Source: Acaryochloris thomasi RCC1774 (GTDB lineage Bacteria > Cyanobacteriota > Cyanobacteriia > Thermosynechococcales > Thermosynechococcaceae). From it: 32,000 nt of DNA. Below the pieces are notes generated by a model. It saw nothing but the letters and a program-made list of their open reading frames with translations, did not search any database and was not told the DNA's origin. How positions within the stretch are numbered: the stretch's first letter is position 1; each line of letters opens with the position of its first letter. The translations under genes were made by a program, and so were the position numbers. Where the stretch lies: NCBI RefSeq assembly GCF_003231495.1, contig NZ_PQWO01000021.1, positions 30,420 to 62,419 of the forward strand, read 5' to 3'. Positions 8,349-15,909 of this stretch are shown piece by piece.

Positions 8349-8575
8349 AGCTAAGCAGGCTGAGAGTAGGCCCCAATGTAATGATCTTGATAGGTTTGCT
8401 TACGCTTTTCAATGCTGCAGAGTGCCTCACAGGTTCCTCAAGCTTCTGCTCTAGGTTGGAAATGAAAATGAGGGACTGCATTTCAACTTCATTCTTCCCA
8501 AAGGTGCATCAGGTTTTGACTCGTTTATAAGAGATAAAACCATGCGCCATTTACCCAACACATAGGAGAAACTGC

Positions 8576-9241
8576 ATGATTCGTATTTTGGTTGGCATTT
8601 TGGTTTTTGTGATCAACGTTGTCTATCGAGATCGCCCTTATCCTCGTTTTTATGTCTTAGAAACCGTTGCCCGTGTGCCCTATTTTGCCTATATGTCTGT
8701 GCTGCACCTCTACGAAACTTTAGGTCTGTGGCGAAAGGCTGACTGGCTCAAAGTCCACTTTGCTGAATCCTGGAATGAGCTGCACCATTTACTGATTATG
8801 GAGTCATTGGGTGGAAGTGAACAATGGATTGATCGGTTTGTGGCCCGTCACGCGGCGTTACTCTACTACTGGATTATCGTCGGCATTTACGTCATTTCTC
8901 CTCGGTCTGCTTACCAATTTATGGAACTCGTGGAGCAGCATGCCTATCACACCTACGATGTCTTTCTGCAGGAGCATGAATCTGACCTTAAACAGCAGCC
9001 TGCCCCTCCGGTGGCTGTCAAATATTACCGAGATGGTGATCTCTATATGTTCGATGAGTTCCAAACTACGACTCGGCCAGAATCGCGTCGTCCAGTAGTG
9101 GAGACGCTTTATGACACCTTCATCAATATTCGAGATGATGAGATGGAGCATGTCAAAACAATGGAGGCTTGTCAGCTCCCTGATGCTCAACGAACCTTCA
9201 AGAGTCCCCATACACAAGAAGCTTTGCCTCAGGAAATCTAA
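8576..9241 (+). CDS. ptox: Plastid terminal oxidase-type di-iron quinol oxidase (PTOX / alternative oxidase family)
   Basis: Di-iron carboxylate motifs appear in the expected order: LETVARVPYF, ESWNELHHL (ExxH), LVEQHAYHTY, RDDEMEHV (ExxH). Length is 221 aa. Confidence 0.85.
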   Translation: MIRILVGILVFVINVVYRDRPYPRFYVLETVARVPYFAYMSVLHLYETLGLWRKADWLKVHFAESWNELHHLLIMESLGGSEQWIDRFVARHAALLYYWIIVGIYVISPRSAYQFMELVEQHAYHTYDVFLQEHESDLKQQPAPPVAVKYYRDGDLYMFDEFQTTTRPESRRPVVETLYDTFINIRDDEMEHVKTMEACQLPDAQRTFKSPHTQEALPQEI

Positions 9242-9360
9242 CGGCAGCCGTGATATTGCACTCGCCTCCCAATTTGGAGCTATTAAATGCATTCAGGCCA
9301 TTTTGGGAGACGTTCAACCCATTAGAGAGTTACGCCGTAGCGCATCGTTAGGAGGTTGTC

Positions 9361-10245
9361 ATGATTGACTTATCCCTCAGTATCAAAATTCTGTTGGGGA
9401 TGATATCCGTTCTAATCATTGTGCATCTCTGGTTAGCGAGGCGGTTCCAAATCCTTGGGGATCGACAGGTGTCAACGCTCAGAATGTTCCATTCTCAGGA
9501 GCAGCCGACTCATCCACCAGCTCTGATCCGTGACTTTGTTTTACGCTCTTGTCCCTCATCTCAGCGCTGCCCAGAAACAATACGGATTCACCAAACAGGT
9601 GAGATGCGCCTGTCTGAGCAGGGAGAGTGGATTCCCTTTACCGCCACTCAAGACTTTGCTATTCAACAGCCAGGATTTGTCTGGCGAGCAAGATTCCGGG
9701 CTGCCCCGCGAATCAAAATTAGGGTGGTTGATAGCTATGTTGATGGCCACGGGTATCTAGAGGCTAGGTTATTCGGTTCTATTTCACTTGCTAAGGCTGA
9801 AGGAGCGGGGACAGACAAAGGTGAACTGATGCGATATCTGGCGGAGTTGGTCTTTTGTCCTGATGCTCTGCTCAATAATTCCTCCCTACAGTGGCGGGAA
9901 CTTGATCCTTCATCGGTGGAAGTTGCCGCTGGGCCAGAACGAGCGGCTGTGCGCTTTGACTTTGATCTAAATGGCAATATTGTTCGCAGTAGTGCGCCGG
10001 ATCGACCACGCTTAGTTGAGGGGCAAGAGATTGAGACGCCTTGGTTTGGAACCTTTGCGGATTACAAAGTGCTTGGCGGTTACCGAATCCCGACTCGTGG
10101 AGAGGTAAGTTGGCTGCTTGAAGACGGTCCCTTTTGCTATTGGCGGGGGCGTATTACTCAACTGGATGTTGATCCAGAGGGTGATTCAATGTTCAGTTTT
10201 GGGTCCCTAAATCAACCACTACATCCTCAGGTTGTTGAAGGATAG
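9361..10245 (+). CDS. Membrane-anchored hypothetical protein (possibly DUF6544-like; family not certain)
   Basis: GGAGG at 9351-9355 lies 5 nt before the ATG. The N-terminal TM helix is ILLGMISVLIIVHLWL. The 294-aa ORF has protein-like composition. Confidence 0.65.
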   Translation: MIDLSLSIKILLGMISVLIIVHLWLARRFQILGDRQVSTLRMFHSQEQPTHPPALIRDFVLRSCPSSQRCPETIRIHQTGEMRLSEQGEWIPFTATQDFAIQQPGFVWRARFRAAPRIKIRVVDSYVDGHGYLEARLFGSISLAKAEGAGTDKGELMRYLAELVFCPDALLNNSSLQWRELDPSSVEVAAGPERAAVRFDFDLNGNIVRSSAPDRPRLVEGQEIETPWFGTFADYKVLGGYRIPTRGEVSWLLEDGPFCYWRGRITQLDVDPEGDSMFSFGSLNQPLHPQVVEG

Positions 10246-10327
10246 GTTGATGATGCCAATGGGGCTGCTTGCATGATAAAAGATTTAGGCTGTAGAAAAT
10301 GCGATCGCAACCCCTAAAATTGCAAAC

Positions 10328-13066
10328 ATGAGCACCTGGTATCAACTCAGCCCCCCAGCGGTCTTAGAAAAATTTGGCACTATCGCAACAGGCTTGAGTC
10401 AAGAAGAGGCACAGCAGCGCCTCGCTCGGCAGGGGCCAAACGAATTAGTTGAGAAGGCGACCAAGAACCCGTGGGTAATTTTGCGAGAGCAGCTCACCGC
10501 AACGATGGTTCTGATCTTGATTGTGGCGGCGGTTCTGTCTGCATTTCTAGGCGATATTCAAGACTCAATCGCTATTTTCCTGATTGTTGTTTTCAATGCA
10601 GTGCTGGGTTTTCGGCAGGAGTATCAAGCAGAACAGGCGATCGCATCTCTCCGCAGACTGGCTGTGCCCACTGTCAGAGTCAAACGAGCGGGACAGGTAC
10701 AAGAATTATCCTCTCGGGAGCTGGTGCCGGGAGATGTGGTCCTCCTGGAAGCGGGCAATCTGGTCCCAGCAGATGGACGCATTTTAGAGAGCGCCAACCT
10801 CCGTGTTCAGGAAGCCTCCCTCACGGGGGAATCGGATGCGGTTGATAAAGTCTCTCACGCATTAGATCAGGGCGATCTGCCGCTCGGGGACCGCGTAAAT
10901 ATGGTCTACATGGGCACTATTGTCACCTATGGTCGCGGTGAGGTCGTCATCACTGAGACCGCTATGTCCACTGAGCTAGGGCAGATTGCGGCGGCCATTC
11001 AATCGGTGAAGTCAGAGCCGACGCATCTGCAGAAAAGGCTCGATCAACTGGGGCAGAAACTTGCGATCGCAATTCTAGTCACGGTTCTGATCGTCTTTGG
11101 CCTGGGTCTGCTGCGGGGCGAAGAACTTCAGGCCATGTTTATGATTGCTGTCAGTTTGGGCGTAGCGGCAGTCCCGGAAGGTCTACCGGCAGTAGTGACG
11201 ATTGCGCTGTCTTTGGGTGCCCAGCGAATGCTGAAGCAGCAGGCACTGATCCGCAAACTACCTGCGGTGGAAACCCTCGGCTCGGTGACGGTGATCTGTA
11301 CAGACAAGACTGGGACATTGACCGAAAATCGTATGACCGTTGCTTCTGTAGTGGCAGCAGGGAAACGCATTGATCTCACCCAGCATCCTTCCTCTCTCTT
11401 AGACGGTGAACCTTCCACCGACTTCCAGACGCAGCCTGTACATTCTCTTTTGCTCATGGCCGGGACGTTGTGTAATGATGCCGCTCTCAATCTTGATGAT
11501 GCTGCGCCTCAGGGCTTCCGTATGATTGGTGATCCAACGGAAGGGGCGTTGGTGGTGGCTGCGGCTCAGGCGGGGCTGAAAAAAATAGATCTAGAAGCAT
11601 GTTTGCACCGGATCAAGGAAGTTCCCTTCGATTCAGACCGGAAGCTAATGACAACCGTACATTGTCGGGGAACAGACAGCTCCCCAGCCTTATCTCTGGT
11701 TGCCGACACTTTGGCCTTTGCTCAGGTGCCAGATCCTTGCCAATACGTTGTGTTCTGCAAGGGTGCAGTGGACCGGCTGCTCAAGATTTCGGATTGGGTT
11801 TGGGAGGCCGATCGCATTGAGCAGATGACGGAGGAGAGATGCGATCGCATCCTCGAAACCCATGATCAGCTTGCCCAAGAAGGAATGCGGCTCTTGGGCG
11901 TGGCCTACCAATCTCTCAAGGAAATCCCCGATGACCTTTCCACCGTTGAACAACATCTGATCTTTGTTGGATTAGTGGGCATGATCGATCCGATTCGCTC
12001 AGATGTGTATGGTGCCGTACAAACCTGTCAAACCGCCGGAATTCGACCCGTGATGATTACCGGCGACCATCCTCTAACCGCTCAACATATTGCCGCAGAT
12101 TTAGGAATTGCTGCCAACGGTAAGCTGCTCACCGGGCAAGATCTAGATCGGTTGACTGAAGCAGAGTTATGTGATGCCGTCGGGCAGGTTTCTGTCTACG
12201 CCCGCGTTGCCCCCCAGCATAAGTTAGATATTATCCATGCCCTTCAGTGTTCTGGACAAATTACGGCGATGACCGGAGACGGCGTTAACGATGCCCCGGC
12301 CCTCAAGCAAGCGGATATCGGCATTTCGATGGGCATCACGGGTACAGATGTCGCCAAGGATGCTTCTGACATTGTGTTGCTTGATGATAACTTCAGCACG
12401 ATTGTGGCGGCAACCCGTGAAGGTCGGGTGATCTATGACAACATCCGTAAATTTATTCTGTACACTCTCACCGGCAATCTTGGTGAACTATGGGTGATTC
12501 TGTTTGCCCCTTTCCTGGGGATGCCCTTGCCGCTTCTGCCGCTCCAAATTTTGTGGATCAATCTATTGGCTGACGGCATCCTGGCGCTGTCTTTGAGTGT
12601 TGAACCCGCAGAGCGAAATATTATGAAACGCGCCCCCTATGAACCCAATGAGAGTATCTTTGGTCGGGGTGTTGGTCAGAGCATCATCTGGATCGGTCTG
12701 TTTTTAGGTGCTGTTCTATTGGGAGTGGGCTACCGCTACTGGGATTTGGGGCTGGAAAATTGGCAAACAATGGTGTTTTGCACACTGGCGTTTTCTCGGA
12801 TTAGTATTGCCCAGGCGGTTCGTTCTGACCAAGACTCTCTCTTTAAGATTGGTTTGTTCTCTAACGAGCCTGCGTTGCTGGCTGTGATTGTGACCTTTCT
12901 CTTTCAGATTCTGGTGGTCTATGTTCCCTTACTCCAGACAATGTTTAAAACGGTGCCGCTGTCGGCTACTGACTTAGGTGTCAGTTTAGGGTTAGGAGCA
13001 CTAGTCTTTTTCAGTGTGGAATTTAAGAAGAAAATGTTTCGTCAGCGCTCCGGGTCTGGTGCCTAG
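10328..13066 (+). CDS. Cation-transporting P-type ATPase (type II, PacL-like Ca2+-ATPase class)
   Basis: Contains the phosphorylation motif CTDKTGTLT, PEGLPAV, TGES, MITGDHPLTA and the hinge motif TGDGVNDAPALK. Length is 912 aa with multiple C-terminal TM segments. Confidence 0.9.
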   Translation: MSTWYQLSPPAVLEKFGTIATGLSQEEAQQRLARQGPNELVEKATKNPWVILREQLTATMVLILIVAAVLSAFLGDIQDSIAIFLIVVFNAVLGFRQEYQAEQAIASLRRLAVPTVRVKRAGQVQELSSRELVPGDVVLLEAGNLVPADGRILESANLRVQEASLTGESDAVDKVSHALDQGDLPLGDRVNMVYMGTIVTYGRGEVVITETAMSTELGQIAAAIQSVKSEPTHLQKRLDQLGQKLAIAILVTVLIVFGLGLLRGEELQAMFMIAVSLGVAAVPEGLPAVVTIALSLGAQRMLKQQALIRKLPAVETLGSVTVICTDKTGTLTENRMTVASVVAAGKRIDLTQHPSSLLDGEPSTDFQTQPVHSLLLMAGTLCNDAALNLDDAAPQGFRMIGDPTEGALVVAAAQAGLKKIDLEACLHRIKEVPFDSDRKLMTTVHCRGTDSSPALSLVADTLAFAQVPDPCQYVVFCKGAVDRLLKISDWVWEADRIEQMTEERCDRILETHDQLAQEGMRLLGVAYQSLKEIPDDLSTVEQHLIFVGLVGMIDPIRSDVYGAVQTCQTAGIRPVMITGDHPLTAQHIAADLGIAANGKLLTGQDLDRLTEAELCDAVGQVSVYARVAPQHKLDIIHALQCSGQITAMTGDGVNDAPALKQADIGISMGITGTDVAKDASDIVLLDDNFSTIVAATREGRVIYDNIRKFILYTLTGNLGELWVILFAPFLGMPLPLLPLQILWINLLADGILALSLSVEPAERNIMKRAPYEPNESIFGRGVGQSIIWIGLFLGAVLLGVGYRYWDLGLENWQTMVFCTLAFSRISIAQAVRSDQDSLFKIGLFSNEPALLAVIVTFLFQILVVYVPLLQTMFKTVPLSATDLGVSLGLGALVFFSVEFKKKMFRQRSGSGA

Positions 13067-13195
13067 GGTCTCTAAGGAATGCCACAAATGACTATCGGTT
13101 AAGGTCGTTCCAGGATATGGGCTGAAGCTAGATAGCGGCTAAAACTGCTATCGCGATCGTGGAGATAGCCAACCGAAAAGTTAACTCATGGGTCT

Positions 13196-14557
13196 ATGCA
13201 TTCTTCAATTCAGACGAAACTACAGACCCTGCCCTTACCGCTCCAGGAATTGCTGTCAGCGGCTGCAGTAGAGGCTAACGATAGAAACTGGCCGCTCTAT
13301 CTTGTGGGTGGTGCGGTGCGTGATTTGTTACTGCAACAGACTGAGCAAGCCATCAATTTTCGTGAGCTTGATTTAGTTGTAGATGCCAATCATTCTGCAT
13401 CGGTTCAGGGCGCTGCAGAACTAGGCTGTGCCCTACACAAGCTTTACTCTGAGGCGCATCTTCAGGTGTACGGACGCTTTCAAACGGCGACGATGATTTG
13501 GCGATCGCATCCTCAACTAGGCAATTTCAGCGTCGACATCGCCACGGCCCGCACAGAATCTTATCCCTACCCTGCCGCTGACCCAGATGTTGTCGTGGGT
13601 TCTATTCAGCAAGATTTATCTCGCCGAGATTTCACAATAAACGCCTTGGCGGTGCGTTTAACACCCCCAAGATGCTTAGAAAATACCCCTGTCCTACTCG
13701 ACTTCTTTGGTGGGCTGACGGATCTGCACCATCAGCACATTCGGGTACTGCATCCCAATAGCTTTGTTGAAGACCCGACTCGGATCTTTCGGGCGGTGCG
13801 GTTTGCGACCCGCTTTGGGTTTGTGATTGAACCTCAGACAGAAGGGTATATTCGAGATGCGATCGCATCTGGCATCTATCAGCAAACACAAACTCACCAC
13901 CACCCTGTTCCGGCCCTGCAGTCACGCTTAAAAAAAGAGCTAAAAGCCATTCTCAAATTGCCAAACTGGGAAACCGCTTTGGTCTTGTTGTCAGAGTTGG
14001 ATGCCCTGAAATGTCTCCATCCCCAGCTCAAGATTGATCAGGCGTGGTGGAAACAGACCCAATTGGCCTTATCCTGGTTGACCCTATTCGATCCGAGCGT
14101 GAAAGCAATCCAGCCGTGGCAACTTATCTTGGAGCTATTGGTGGCACAGCTAAGAAGTGAAGATCGAGCTAAAGTCGCTGAGAATCTTTGTTTAGGTGAG
14201 CATAGTCACCAGCGTTTGAGTACCTTAGCTCCAATGCAAGCAGAGATCCATTCCGTTTTGATTTACCCTCGCAGCCCCAGCCAGGTGGTCCAATGTTTGC
14301 GGCGTTACGATCTTCCCACTCTCCTTTTGGTTACAGCCCAAAGCCCCCTCACTGTGCGTCAGCGCATCTGGCAGTATTTGCAAGAGTGGAAGACGGTAAA
14401 ACCCTTGCTAAACGGAAATGATTTGATCTGTCTCGGGTATCAACCGGGCCGTGACTTTAACGCAATATTATCGAAGGTGCTATTCGCGACACTTGATGGA
14501 GTGGTTCAAACAAAAGGTGAGGCAGAAAGGCTAGTCCTAGATTACTTTCCCCTCTAG
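13196..14557 (+). CDS. cca: CCA-adding enzyme / poly(A) polymerase-family tRNA nucleotidyltransferase
   Basis: Contains the class II nucleotidyltransferase head motifs LVGGAVRDLLL, ELDLVVD and RRDFTINAL. Length is 453 aa. Confidence 0.8.
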   Translation: MHSSIQTKLQTLPLPLQELLSAAAVEANDRNWPLYLVGGAVRDLLLQQTEQAINFRELDLVVDANHSASVQGAAELGCALHKLYSEAHLQVYGRFQTATMIWRSHPQLGNFSVDIATARTESYPYPAADPDVVVGSIQQDLSRRDFTINALAVRLTPPRCLENTPVLLDFFGGLTDLHHQHIRVLHPNSFVEDPTRIFRAVRFATRFGFVIEPQTEGYIRDAIASGIYQQTQTHHHPVPALQSRLKKELKAILKLPNWETALVLLSELDALKCLHPQLKIDQAWWKQTQLALSWLTLFDPSVKAIQPWQLILELLVAQLRSEDRAKVAENLCLGEHSHQRLSTLAPMQAEIHSVLIYPRSPSQVVQCLRRYDLPTLLLVTAQSPLTVRQRIWQYLQEWKTVKPLLNGNDLICLGYQPGRDFNAILSKVLFATLDGVVQTKGEAERLVLDYFPL

Positions 14558-14624
14558 AATGAACCCCCAAATTGAGTGAATGCTTTGAGTGCGATCGCAA
14601 CACCTCAATCGCTGTAATAGACTG

Positions 14625-14657
14625 CCTCACAAGTTTCACAAGTCTTTTTCCTATTCT
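14625..14657 (+). promoter_or_regulatory. Box G: CCTCACAAGTTTCACA, 11-nt spacer, then TATTCT
   Basis: This is the only copy on the plus strand, and it precedes plus-strand genes (the small TM ORF and the sigma factor). TATTCT at 14652-14657 has the same 11-nt spacing as the other boxes. Confidence 0.5.
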
Positions 14658-14750
14658 AAAAGTAGAGAAACACTTGCTGCCTTTACCAAACGTACCGTCG
14701 TTTCTGGTGGGATGCTTGCAGAGATTTTAGAGCGAGTGATAGGAGGACTG

Positions 14751-14936
14751 ATGATGCTGTCACCCAACAATCTCAAGCTATTTCTGGACTATTGGCTCCC
14801 CAGATTTGGACTCACGCTATTCTGGGCATTCGTAATTCTGATGATTGTTTTGAGTTTTGCGATTACCATGAGCCGCATCGAAGCTAGCTCAAGCCTGCCA
14901 GAGTCCCCTCAGCAAACATCAATGTTTGATCGCTAG
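14751..14936 (+). CDS. Small single-pass membrane protein (61 aa), hypothetical
   Basis: AGGAGG at 14741-14746 lies 4 nt before ATG 14751. One hydrophobic helix (FGLTLFWAFVILMIVLSFAI). The longer 115-aa form would start upstream of the predicted box G transcript. Confidence 0.35.
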   Translation: MMLSPNNLKLFLDYWLPRFGLTLFWAFVILMIVLSFAITMSRIEASSSLPESPQQTSMFDR

Positions 14937-14988
14937 GGGTAGCCGCTAGTGGAGCAGCGATGCTTAAAAAAATGGGGTGGTGAGTTGT

Positions 14989-15888
14989 ATGTCTAATACC
15001 GTGAAAGTTGTTAAGGATACCTTTGGGACCTATCTGTCCAATATTGGGCGATATCCATTATTGACTCACGAAGAAGAGGTTGAATTGGGTCGCCAAGTGC
15101 AATTGTTCCTGCACCTTCCAGCGGACGCCTCCCAGGCTGAATTGGAGCAGATTCAGCAACGGGGTCAGCAGGCCAAACAGAAAATGATCCGCTCTAATCT
15201 GCGGTTGGTTGTGATGATCGCGAAGAAGTATCAGAAACGGGGCCTAGAGCTGCTGGATCTGATCCAAGAAGGAAGTCTGGGACTTGCGAGGGCAGTAGAG
15301 AAGTTCGACCCTTCTAGAGGGTATCGGTTCAGCACCTATGCCTACTGGTGGATTCGCCAATCGATTACCCGAGCGATCGCAACGCAGTCTCACACCATTA
15401 GGCTTCCGATTCACGTTTCTGAAAAGCTGAATAAGATTAAGAAGGTTCAGCGAGAGCTGTCTCAACAATTGGGCAGAAAACCCACAGATGTTGAAATCGC
15501 TCTAAAGCTCGATATGACTCAAAATCGGCTGCAGCAGATCTTGACTGCTGCGCGCAGGGCCAATCCACAGTCGCTGAATAGGCCGGTCGGAGATGAGCGC
15601 AATACGGAACTGATTGATCTCCTTGAAGATCAACAGTCAATGGGACCAGACGAAACCGTAAACCAGGATTTGCTGCGGGGGACTATGTGGTCTACTTTGA
15701 CAAACCTTACAGACGATCAGCGAACCGTCTTGATCCTCCGCTATGGCCTCAATGATGGCGTCCCTCGTTCACTGCAATACATCAGTCGGCAAATGGGAGT
15801 CAGTCGTGAATGGGTCAGGCAGCTTCAACGGTCGGCCATCTCTAAACTGCGAAAATCAGGAGAACTGCAGCAGCTCTTATCGGCTTAG
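14989..15888 (+). CDS. RNA polymerase sigma-70 factor, RpoD/SigA family (group-2-like)
   Basis: Contains the RpoD box NLRLVVMIAKKYQKRGLELLDLIQEGSLGLARAVEKFDPSRGYRFSTYAYWWIRQSITRAI and the region 4.2 HTH ISRQMGVSREWVRQLQRSAISKLR. ATG 14989 is preferred over GTG 14977. Confidence 0.85.
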   Translation: MSNTVKVVKDTFGTYLSNIGRYPLLTHEEEVELGRQVQLFLHLPADASQAELEQIQQRGQQAKQKMIRSNLRLVVMIAKKYQKRGLELLDLIQEGSLGLARAVEKFDPSRGYRFSTYAYWWIRQSITRAIATQSHTIRLPIHVSEKLNKIKKVQRELSQQLGRKPTDVEIALKLDMTQNRLQQILTAARRANPQSLNRPVGDERNTELIDLLEDQQSMGPDETVNQDLLRGTMWSTLTNLTDDQRTVLILRYGLNDGVPRSLQYISRQMGVSREWVRQLQRSAISKLRKSGELQQLLSA

Positions 15889-15909
15889 AGCGTCATAACG
15901 GCAGACTCG

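Noticed and set aside
8290-8481. 63-aa ORF on the minus strand
   Set aside because: It has no family resemblance and no SD sequence. It contains box H plus its -10-like hexamer, so the region is better explained as the promoter or leader of the 7844 gene and the divergent PTOX upstream region.
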